From assembly GCA_038134595.1 (NCBI GenBank), contig JAYPVM010000011.1, positions 1-64,000 of the forward strand: a DNA stretch of 64,000 nucleotides, in the 5' to 3' direction. This stretch comes from Pseudomonadota bacterium. Its GTDB lineage: Bacteria > Bdellovibrionota_C > UBA2361 > OMII01. Shown here piece after piece: positions 33,421 to 41,961 of the stretch (position 1 is the stretch's first letter; every line of letters starts with the position of its first letter). The notes beneath the pieces were generated by a model. It was not told the DNA's origin. It did no database searches and saw only the letters and a list, made by a program, of their open reading frames with translations. A program made the translations under genes and the position numbers.

Positions 33421-33441
33421 TAATTAGAATTATTCTAATTA
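33421..33441. promoter_or_regulatory. Per/Fur-type operator palindrome
   Basis: TAATTAGAAT-T-ATTCTAATTA (perfect 10-1-10). It overlaps the minus-strand promoter TTGACA (33467-33462)-18 nt-CATAAT with an extended TG. Confidence 0.85.
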
Positions 33442-33617
33442 TGGCAAGTTCTCCTCTTCTTTGTCAATCAGAACCTTAACCGTCACAGATTTTACGGTTT
33501 GCTCGCATGCATTACTTCGCTAGACTTTAGATCACTATTCTTGTCGTAGCGTGATGATTATAGTCGTGAATATAGCTATCTACAGACACCCAAAGGAACT
33601 AGCAAAAGGAGCTCTAA

Positions 33618-35558
33618 ATGCCTGAAGTAAAACGCTTTCCTATCCCATCCTCGATACAGAAAACCTCTGCAATGTCCCCTGATAAATACGAAGAGCTCTA
33701 CGCTGAATCGGTCACAGACCCAGAAGCCTTCTGGGGCAACCAAGCCTCTGAACTCCTTAACTGGCAATCACCGTGGAATCAGGTGCTTCAGTGGAACTTT
33801 GACGAGCCGTCAATCAAGTGGTTTGAAGGCGGTAAGCTAAACGTAAGCGAAAACTGCCTCGACAGACACCTCACTACCAAAGGCGATAAGACAGCAATCA
33901 TCTGGGAAGCTAACGATCCTGCGGATAGCAGGCACATCTCGTACAAGGAGCTTTTTACCGAGGTCTGCAAAACAGCCGAGCTGCTCCGTTCACTCGGAAT
34001 AGAGCGTGGAGACCGCGTAGCGATTTATCTACCGATGGTTCCTGAAGCCGCAATTACAATGTTGGCATGCACTAGAATCGGGGCGATTCACACCGTTGTC
34101 TTTGCAGGGTTCTCGTCAGAGTCGCTGCGAGACCGCATAAACGACTGCGGATGCAAGCTTCTTATCACTGCAAATGAAGGTCTACGGGGCGAAAAAACCA
34201 TCCCACTAAAAGCGATAAGTGATGCGGCAGTAAAAGAGTGCCCCAGTATCAAACATGTATTGGTAGTGAAAAGAACCGATACCGTGGTACCGATGAATCC
34301 TAGTATTGACGTCTCTTATGAAGAAGCACTTTCAAAGCTTGCCAGTGATGTAACAAGCGTTTCTGAGAGCATGGATGCGGAAAGCCCGCTTTTTATTCTT
34401 TATACCAGCGGTTCCACCGGAAAGCCCAAGGGCGTGCTCCACACCACAGGCGGCTACCTACTACATGCCACTGCTACCCACAAATATGTTTTTGATCTAC
34501 GAGAGGATGATGTCTATTTCTGTGCTGCAGACGTGGGATGGATTACAGGTCACTCGTATGTTGTGTACGGACCGCTATCAAACGGAGCAACTACGGTACT
34601 CTTTGAGTCTATTCCGACGTATCCCGATGCGGGGCGCTACTGGGATATCATCGAGCGCCACAAGGTAAATATCTTTTACACTGCGCCAACAGCAATTAGA
34701 GCGCTTGCAAAGGAGGACGACTCATTTGTGAGCAAATACGACACCTCCTCACTTCGGGTACTAGGCACTGTAGGAGAGCCCATTAACGCCGATGCGTGGA
34801 ATTGGTACCACTCAGTAGTCGGCAAAGAGCAGTGCCCAATAGTAGATACGTGGTGGCAAACTGAAACTGGCGGGATACTGATAACTCCTCTTCCCGGTGC
34901 CACTGAAACAAAACCCGGCTCAGCTACCAAGCCATTTTTCGGCGTACAACCCGTTCTCGTAGACGAGGAAGGAAAGGAACTTACCGAAACAAAGAGCACA
35001 GGCAGACTGTGCATGAAGTTTCCGTGGCCCGGTATGGCTCGAACTGTGTATGGAGACCACAAGAGATTTAAGGAAACCTACTTCTCAATGTACCCTGGAT
35101 TGTATTTTACAGGCGATGGATGTACCCGAGATGAAGACGGCTACTATTGGATCACCGGGCGAGTCGATGATGTACTAAACGTTGCCGGACACAGGCTCGG
35201 CACGGCTGAGGTAGAGAGCGCCATTGTTCGCTCTGGTTTGATTTCCGAAGCGGCTGTTGTAGGAATTCCCCACGAACTCAAAGGACAAGGCATCGGCGCC
35301 TTCTGTGTTGTTAGAGACGATGTGGCTGAAGGTACAGATATCAAGCGAGAGATCATTAGAACTGTTCGAGAAGTTATCTCTCCTATCGCCGCTCCCGATA
35401 GCATCTGGCTTGTTCCAGGGCTCCCGAAAACTCGCTCGGGAAAGATCATGCGCAGAATATTGAGAAAGATCGGCGAAGGAGAATTCTCTCAAGTAGGTGA
35501 TACAACCACGCTAGCGGAGCCTGCTGTGGTTGAGAGGATTATTGAAATTGTGAAGTAG
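33618..35558 (+). CDS. acs: Acetyl-CoA synthetase
   Basis: ILYTSGSTGKPKG, DTWWQTETGG, YFTGDG, PKTRSGKIMRRILRK. Confidence 0.97.
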   Translation: MPEVKRFPIPSSIQKTSAMSPDKYEELYAESVTDPEAFWGNQASELLNWQSPWNQVLQWNFDEPSIKWFEGGKLNVSENCLDRHLTTKGDKTAIIWEANDPADSRHISYKELFTEVCKTAELLRSLGIERGDRVAIYLPMVPEAAITMLACTRIGAIHTVVFAGFSSESLRDRINDCGCKLLITANEGLRGEKTIPLKAISDAAVKECPSIKHVLVVKRTDTVVPMNPSIDVSYEEALSKLASDVTSVSESMDAESPLFILYTSGSTGKPKGVLHTTGGYLLHATATHKYVFDLREDDVYFCAADVGWITGHSYVVYGPLSNGATTVLFESIPTYPDAGRYWDIIERHKVNIFYTAPTAIRALAKEDDSFVSKYDTSSLRVLGTVGEPINADAWNWYHSVVGKEQCPIVDTWWQTETGGILITPLPGATETKPGSATKPFFGVQPVLVDEEGKELTETKSTGRLCMKFPWPGMARTVYGDHKRFKETYFSMYPGLYFTGDGCTRDEDGYYWITGRVDDVLNVAGHRLGTAEVESAIVRSGLISEAAVVGIPHELKGQGIGAFCVVRDDVAEGTDIKREIIRTVREVISPIAAPDSIWLVPGLPKTRSGKIMRRILRKIGEGEFSQVGDTTTLAEPAVVERIIEIVK

Positions 35559-35625
35559 CCCCGCTTTACGAGGGAGGAAAGGTAGCCTGATACCAGTTGC
35601 AGATTAAGGTAGCCTGGCACCAGTT
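35552..35625. repeat. 27-bp-period direct repeats (REP-like) after acs
   Basis: AAGGTAGCCTGATACCAGTT (35579-35598), AAGGTAGCCTGGCACCAGTT (35606-35625), and a partial GAAGTAGCC at 35552. Confidence 0.7.
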
Positions 35626-35702
35626 TGACTCGCCAGTCAGAACTCATGTCACTTTGAAAGTACGATTGACGACACCAGACGGTTTGTAGTGTCATAATAG
35701 TT

Positions 35703-36269
35703 ATGAAACAAACTGATCAGCAAGTAAATCTTTTAAAACTTCTTGAGGATTTCAGAAAAAGCGTTCCCGCTCTTGCAAATGAAACTACGCGCGTTATAGA
35801 GCTTGTCTCAACCATACCCACATGTGCTAACCGAGCTAATTTTTCTCCAGGGCACCTTACGGGCTCAGCCTGGATCGTAAATGGTAGGGGCGATAAAGTT
35901 ATACTGTTACGTCACGCCAAGTTAAATAAATGGTTACAGCCCGGAGGGCACGCTGATGGAGACTTTAATCTGCACAGAGTGGCTCTCAGGGAGGCGCAGG
36001 AAGAAACTGGGTTAAGATCTTTACATAGTATAAGCTCCAATATATTTGACCTCGATATTCATACCATACCAGCTTTTAGGAATGAGCCTTCACACTTTCA
36101 TTTCGATGTGAGATTCGCTTTTAGAGCTGCGGAGGAAGAGCCCTTCGTAAGATCTTCGGAATCTAAGGATATCACTTGGGCACCGCTTGACAATTTACAG
36201 GTCTTAACATCAAATCCTGCTATTCATCGAATGCAGAAACACTGGGCAAAAATCGCGGACAACCATTAA
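35703..36269 (+). CDS. Nudix hydrolase
   Basis: GHLTGSAW, WLQPGGHADGD...ALREAQEETGL, HFHFDVRF. Confidence 0.9.
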   Translation: MKQTDQQVNLLKLLEDFRKSVPALANETTRVIELVSTIPTCANRANFSPGHLTGSAWIVNGRGDKVILLRHAKLNKWLQPGGHADGDFNLHRVALREAQEETGLRSLHSISSNIFDLDIHTIPAFRNEPSHFHFDVRFAFRAAEEEPFVRSSESKDITWAPLDNLQVLTSNPAIHRMQKHWAKIADNH

Positions 36270-36318
36270 CGAGAACATTAATCACGCAGGACATTGTCGA
36301 GCCTCTTTTCTTCGTGTT

Positions 36319-36837
36319 TTACTTCTTGGCTTCTAGTGCGACACCATAATCTCTGATGATGCGCTTAGTCTCGGCAGACATTCTCAATCCACGCAAGTCA
36401 GCCTCGTTGGGGGTTATTAACCGGTATTCCGAATGCTCTGACGGATTTAGTGAAATTTGCCCCGAGTAATCGTCTACTACAAAGTTAAATTGCCGTGCGA
36501 GTTTGCCCGAGTTTGTCCGATAATCGAAGGTACCCGCATAGGCTGAGATTCGGCGAACCGCAAGCGAAGTCTCTTCTAGCACCTCTCGGCTAAGTCCCGA
36601 CAGTAAATCTTCCCCATTTTCAACATGCCCACTCGGAATCTCGAAAACATCTCGCATAAAGTCCTCGGTAGGCGCCCGCTTCACAATGAGGACTCGATTT
36701 TCCATTGCGATAATTGCCCCTGCTAAGATTTTACTTACCCCATCAGATTTGGCATCGTGCACTAGTTGGTCGAAAAATTCCGGCGCAATGAGAGATTCGA
36801 TTCCGGCAACTGAGTGCCTTTGCATATTAGGTCCCAT
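36319..36837 (-). CDS. Nudix hydrolase (operonic)
   Basis: Nudix box GHVENGEDLLSGLSREVLEETSL; SEH motif. Confidence 0.9.
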   Translation of the reverse strand: MGPNMQRHSVAGIESLIAPEFFDQLVHDAKSDGVSKILAGAIIAMENRVLIVKRAPTEDFMRDVFEIPSGHVENGEDLLSGLSREVLEETSLAVRRISAYAGTFDYRTNSGKLARQFNFVVDDYSGQISLNPSEHSEYRLITPNEADLRGLRMSAETKRIIRDYGVALEAKK

Positions 36838-36839
36838 AA

Positions 36840-38111
36840 TTAAATCCCCTCCGTCATAAAATCTCTTGGCGAATCCTCAACTGCCCGACATACTTTTTCC
36901 AATCCACTGCAATATCCTTCCACTATGGCCGATTCATCATCAAAAGCCCAGACTGGAAGCTTAATGGCCTTACGAAAGAAATCGTATGCACCTGGAAATT
37001 GCGACGAATAGGGCAGCCCATCGCTTGACTCGATCCTCCTAGACCGAGAGCAAAATAGTGGAAAATCGGGCAATGGTCTCGTCGAGCCTGGTCTGTCCGC
37101 CTCTATAAGACCCTCATGGTGCAGCGCTCGAAAAAATTGCTGCACAGTCACACCGTTCGCAGCATGCTCTTTAAATTTAAAAACGTATGCGTACCAACTC
37201 GGATGCTTAACAATTGTCGAGTAGATCGGCAACTCTATGAATGAAAATCGTGACAATATTTCGCTAAACCAAGCGGCGTAACGGCGCTTGGTAGAAAGAA
37301 CCCGTGGCAACTGACGAAACTGTTGAAGGGCCATCGCTATAGCGAGGGGATGCGCCCGATGCTTAAGACCGAAGCCGGTGGTAGCGAGCTCGTACAACGG
37401 ATGACTAGAGGGAATCGTTTTTTTTGCCCGATTGTTGTAATGACCAAGCAAAGTTGCTCTATAATACAGTTCGGCATCATCTGTTAGCAGGATTCCTCCT
37501 TCGCCTCCACTCACTAATTTTTGACCTTGCAAACTAAAGGCAGCCGCATGAGATTGTGCACCAACGGGCCGACCCCTATAAAGTGCGCCGTGGGCATGTG
37601 AGCAATCTTCAAGGAGCATAAGGCTGTGCTTATCACAAAGTGCGGCTATCTCATCTATATCGCAAGGAATTCCCCACATGTGCGTTATCATTACTGCGCG
37701 GGTCTTTGGTGAAATATGCTTCTCAATCGCCTTCGGATCAATGTTTCCGTCAGCCCCACAATCGCAAAGGACCGGTATAGCTCCGAGGGAGAAGAGAGGG
37801 CTAGCCGTGGCAAAAAAAGTATAAGCTGGGCAAATCACCTCGTCCTCCGGCTCAATAGGTACGCCAAAAAACATCGCCTGAATCGAGTTTGTGCCTGAAT
37901 TATTTAGAAGGGCATAGCGACGGCCATGGAACCCCGCAAATTCATCCTCGAACGTTTGAAAAATCCCGCTACGGTCATAGATAGAAACTGTCTCTCGAAG
38001 TTGTTTAAGCACCACCGCCTCGGTATTACTCGTGATACGAGGCCAGGTATAGTGGGGACCCTCTGATAGGATACTCGGAGTCCCACCAGCGATGGCCAAT
38101 TTATGCTGCAT
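36840..38111 (-). CDS. DegT/DnrJ/EryC1/StrS PLP aminotransferase
   Basis: NSGT, PAYTFFAT, LLEDCSHAHGA, FSLQGQKLVSGGEGG (catalytic Lys). Confidence 0.92.
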   Translation of the reverse strand: MQHKLAIAGGTPSILSEGPHYTWPRITSNTEAVVLKQLRETVSIYDRSGIFQTFEDEFAGFHGRRYALLNNSGTNSIQAMFFGVPIEPEDEVICPAYTFFATASPLFSLGAIPVLCDCGADGNIDPKAIEKHISPKTRAVMITHMWGIPCDIDEIAALCDKHSLMLLEDCSHAHGALYRGRPVGAQSHAAAFSLQGQKLVSGGEGGILLTDDAELYYRATLLGHYNNRAKKTIPSSHPLYELATTGFGLKHRAHPLAIAMALQQFRQLPRVLSTKRRYAAWFSEILSRFSFIELPIYSTIVKHPSWYAYVFKFKEHAANGVTVQQFFRALHHEGLIEADRPGSTRPLPDFPLFCSRSRRIESSDGLPYSSQFPGAYDFFRKAIKLPVWAFDDESAIVEGYCSGLEKVCRAVEDSPRDFMTEGI

Positions 38112-39147
38112 AATTTAAGCCCCCCTCTCCGGTACCAGTTTTAAGATTGATTAAATCAGATGTATGGTTATTTGCTGAAAAGTAAAGGCTATCAATCAGA
38201 GCTAAATGTTCAAGGTGTTCGACGGCAAAGTTGGTACTCTCCCCAGATGGCTCTCTAACTGCAGCGCAAAAAGCCCTCCACTGATTTTTCAGCGCTTGCT
38301 GCCAACTCTTACTCTTGGCAATCTCCACCCGTACAGTTCCATTTGGCTCAAAAAGCACAATTTTTTCATAATCAAACATTAGCGATCCGCGACTTCCAAA
38401 AATTACAAGCTGATCCGACGAATATGGTGCTACCCGCGAGACCGTGACATGTGCTAAAAAGGTATTATTTGGATCTCTTGGCGTATCATAAGTTAAGCTC
38501 ATCTGCATCGTATCCTCGACATCGTAATCTTGTCCTTTTCGATTCCCTATTTGCTTACGAGCAATGACTGCTTTAGGAAGCCCGAGAAACCATATCAGCT
38601 GGTCGATGAAATGATAGCCCATATCTAACAGGGCCCCTCCCTTAGCGGTGATAAATTTTGCTCGCCAGCCTACATCGAGTCGCTCGATGTTCTTAAGATA
38701 CTGCCCTTGGACGTGGTAGATATCTCCAAGCTCTGGAATAAGGCTTCGAGCAAACCGATAAGCAGGATCGAATCGACGTTGCGTGGATACCATCAACAGC
38801 GTGTCGTAGAACTTACTCCATGTGGCAAACTGCGTAGCTTCGGGGAGAGAGCTCGCTAGGGGTTTCTCCTTTAGGATATGTATCCTACGCGCTAATAAGG
38901 GCTGAATAATTTCGGCGTAGTCCGAATGAGGAACCGCCACCACAGCTGCATCGAAATGCTGCTTACTCAGCATATCTTCTAGGGTCAAATATGCAGGGAC
39001 TTGCAGCTGCGTTGCCATCTCTGCAGCTCTTTGCGCGTGTGTATCGCAGACACATACGACCTCGCTCTCTGGGGATTCTTGAATTACGGGAATATGTTCC
39101 TTGGTAGACTGCTCCCCAGCACCTACGATTGCCACCTTAAGTTTCAT
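38101..39147 (-). CDS. Gfo/Idh/MocA NAD(P)-dependent oxidoreductase
   Basis: VAIVGAG, VAVPHSDY, ILKEKPLA, QRRFDP, GGALLDMGYHFID. Confidence 0.92.
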   Translation of the reverse strand: MKLKVAIVGAGEQSTKEHIPVIQESPESEVVCVCDTHAQRAAEMATQLQVPAYLTLEDMLSKQHFDAAVVAVPHSDYAEIIQPLLARRIHILKEKPLASSLPEATQFATWSKFYDTLLMVSTQRRFDPAYRFARSLIPELGDIYHVQGQYLKNIERLDVGWRAKFITAKGGALLDMGYHFIDQLIWFLGLPKAVIARKQIGNRKGQDYDVEDTMQMSLTYDTPRDPNNTFLAHVTVSRVAPYSSDQLVIFGSRGSLMFDYEKIVLFEPNGTVRVEIAKSKSWQQALKNQWRAFCAAVREPSGESTNFAVEHLEHLALIDSLYFSANNHTSDLINLKTGTGEGGLNYAA

Positions 39148-39920
39148 AGTTTGTTTTTAGTCAAATAAGTTATACTTTTAGCAAGAATTTCTTGTGTGAC
39201 TTCTTCAATGGATAAATCGCTCACATCAATAACAACAGTGGGAAATTCCTCCGACACGTGTACGAACAGATCCTGGGTTTTGATTAAGAAGTCGCGCTGA
39301 ACCTTTGATAGGGGCGGTTCACCCCGATGTTGCAAACGTTTTCCTATCATCTCGATTGGCAAAGTCAAAACTACATTGAGATCTGGAGTCCTCAATTGGG
39401 ACAATACTAGATCCGCGAGCGATTTGATTGCTCCTATAGCCTCTTCGACTGGAAGTCGGCTTTTTTCACTTAGTCTTTGAGCCTGATAGGCAACAATGGA
39501 CAATAAGCCTCTATCTGATAAAAGCACGGTTTTTCCAGCAGATGGAGCAAGTATTTCCAGGGAATAAACTAGGTCGCCGAAGATCGTTATTAGATCTGAT
39601 ATTGGCGTGCCTTGTTCTGGATCGAGCGAGTAAAATCTACGCTCTTGGACGATGTGCTGAAGAGTACGGCCAACGGGTGAAGATGAAAACTCAGGAATCG
39701 TCGCTGTCACTACTTCAAATCGTTGGCAAAGTTTTTGGATCGCCGCAATCTGAGTAGATTTCCCTACGGCATCTATACCCTCTATCGCTATCCATTTATT
39801 CTCGAGCTGAGAAAAGTCTTCGCGGTAACATCCCGTTCCGCTTGGTGTGATTAGATGGGGATTCCAAGTGCTGCTTTCTTGATTATGGCTATGCAACATA
39901 TTAACCCTAATTAAGTTCAT
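39144..39920 (-). CDS. Thymidylate-kinase-like nucleoside monophosphate kinase (start uncertain)
   Basis: P-loop IAIEGIDAVGKST, PEFS, LSDRG...SIVAYQ, PDLNVVL...KRLQHRG. Confidence 0.85.
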   Translation of the reverse strand: MNLIRVNMLHSHNQESSTWNPHLITPSGTGCYREDFSQLENKWIAIEGIDAVGKSTQIAAIQKLCQRFEVVTATIPEFSSSPVGRTLQHIVQERRFYSLDPEQGTPISDLITIFGDLVYSLEILAPSAGKTVLLSDRGLLSIVAYQAQRLSEKSRLPVEEAIGAIKSLADLVLSQLRTPDLNVVLTLPIEMIGKRLQHRGEPPLSKVQRDFLIKTQDLFVHVSEEFPTVVIDVSDLSIEEVTQEILAKSITYLTKNKL

Positions 39921-40387
39921 CCATTTTCAACTGCGGAAACTTTTTTCTCTCACGAAGCAGCGTCGCCTGGCATTCAGTGACCATTATATCAATAATCTAC
40001 TATCGGTGGATAAATCGAAAAGTTTCCAGTCCACTGCGGCTGTACCAAATCTCCCTCCCTGCTAATTTCCATTTTGCAGAAACCCTCTCCTCTCGCCTCC
40101 AACAAATGGCTTACTCTGAAGGTATCGGATGGTCTAAAAAGTGCGCGCTTAATCAGCGATTATAACTTTCGAAAATCAATCACCCGTTATTAATAGCTAA
40201 ACTATGGTAGCAGCGCGGTCCTACCGGTTCTAACTCAGCTCAGACACCTCCATTCCCGCCCCAGCGATGCCCAAAATACCAGGTCTACCCCACTCCATCA
40301 GAGCTTCAACGGTCGAAAGAAAACTGAAAATGTACCGTTAAGTAGTCAAAAACTGCATTACAGCTAACCGCCTTCTAATTCGTCACG

Positions 40388-40600
40388 CTAGGAGGGGATT
40401 TTAGAATTCATCAAAGGACAGCTCAAATGACTCGTAAAAGGGGAGTTCATCGACAGCGATCGCGAACCGATGAACTTTGGGATAGGAGAAGGAGCCTGAA
40501 GGTCTTGAATTTCTTGGGCATTCATTATGTCCTTAATGGAGTGGGCGTCTTGGATGAATGCAATGATGCGCATTTAGCAGTACATCTTCAGCTCTTCTTG
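40388..40600 (-). mobile_element. Degraded C-terminal remnant of an IS91/ISCR-type (Y2) transposase
   Basis: MRIIAFIQDAHSIKDIM...APSP resembles the (C..C...)MRIIAFI.D...I..IL C-terminus of IS91-like transposases. It is preceded by a stop and appears frameshifted. Confidence 0.55.
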
Positions 40601-40993
40601 AACAGTTGGAATCCTTCGTTGGAGGTCAAATCTCCCCTGTCGGGCCACGAGCTCATCCCTAGAACGACCTCTCGAGCTCTTGGCCACCGCACATCAGCTA
40701 CTTACAAAAAGGCAATTAGTTTTTCTATCCATAATTTTTCTTAATTTTACATCCGAGTATTCAAATCGAGCTACGCGCCTCAATTCATCTGGCCACTAAC
40801 CTGTAGCCTGCAAATGATTCGAACTTATCTAAACAGAAAATATCTGATTTCAACTAACGCCTAAAGCAGTCTCACAGGTTATCCGGTCAAAAAACGCCGT
40901 ATTACTCTATCTTAGCTCCTCTGCCACTTGCACGGTCATAAAAGATGGAAAGGCGTTCTTTCCCGGTTTTTCCTTAGTTTTTTGAGGATATTT

Positions 40994-41431
40994 ATGGCGA
41001 AGAAGCGTAGCAATGTTGGCGCGTTTGTCGGCCAACTACGCCGTTGGAGGAAACAAAACCCAACAGGCTCAAAAAAACAGTACCTAGCGGTACTGCGAAA
41101 GAGCCGATGGGTAGAAAAACTCAGTGATGAAGAACTTTCATCACTGGTATCCATCCACTGGCGTGCACGAAGGGTCCCGAGAATAAGACCTGCGATAAAA
41201 AAAGCTCCGGAGGTCATCTCTCAGACTCAGACTTTTTTTGAGACTGAGCCAAAACAGAGGGTGCTTTTTGCGGCAATGAACTCAGAAGAGTCAAACGCCG
41301 CACAGGTGAATGCTCTACGACAAGTAGAAGACTTACCGGCGCACCTTCGGGCAGCCGGAATAGTGAATGCGGATGGCTCGCTAAACAGGCGTGCTATCCA
41401 ACGGCTTATAAACCAAGCCGTGTATACGTAG
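40994..41431 (+). CDS. Basic hypothetical protein
   Basis: GAGG RBS before ATG 40994; 145 aa; followed by a long hairpin. Confidence 0.6.
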   Translation: MAKKRSNVGAFVGQLRRWRKQNPTGSKKQYLAVLRKSRWVEKLSDEELSSLVSIHWRARRVPRIRPAIKKAPEVISQTQTFFETEPKQRVLFAAMNSEESNAAQVNALRQVEDLPAHLRAAGIVNADGSLNRRAIQRLINQAVYT

Positions 41432-41437
41432 CCAATC

Positions 41438-41490
41438 GTGCGGGAAAGAGCCAGAGGACCTCTGTTCTCTGGCTCTTCCCCCCGCACTTT
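41438..41490 (+). terminator. Long stem-loop / terminator
   Basis: GTGCGGGAAAGAGCCAGAG ... CTCTGGCTCTTCCCCCGCAC followed by TTT. Confidence 0.55.
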
Positions 41491-41961
41491 GGAACGGTTT
41501 TTACTAAAACGCCTTTCCATCGCCTTTTATCTAATTTTGAGACTCCGTTCTCATTGCGGGCAAATACGCCATTTCTACTCGGTAAAGCCTCCTAGCAGAA
41601 TAAACACTACTATCAACTAGTTAGCCTGTTGGCTTCATGGCGTTATTCACGATGCCATCCGGGCACAACCCCTCGAAATCTTTTATAATCCCCTCCCCTG
41701 TTTCTCCCCATCCTACATATATATAGGGAGAAGCTTTCTGTACCAGCTACAACATCAACGTACTTTCGTTCGTTACCCCACGGCTGTTGTTGTTCATGTA
41801 GTCGCACTCTTATCCAGCCATCTGTAGCTCCACGCTCTCCTGACACGCATTACAGCAGTTACTTGAAGCATAGGAATTAACGCAAAGTGTTTGACGATAC
41901 AAAACGCGCCATTCTCGTTTTTCAAAAGTCATCAGCCCACCTGTTGGGCACGTTACCTGCT

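Noticed and set aside
35552..35625. Possible mini CRISPR array
   Set aside because: Only two full 20-bp repeats with a 7-bp gap; spacing too short and no cas genes.
36840..39147. Ordinary O-antigen amino-sugar or kanosamine genes
   Set aside because: Not preferred, because no glycosyltransferase, acyltransferase, nucleotidyltransferase or HAD phosphatase is present and the partners are nucleotide-acting enzymes. It is not excluded.
39144..39920. Housekeeping tmk
   Set aside because: Divergent motifs (PEFS in place of REP), accessory operon context and no holB neighbour; left without a gene symbol.
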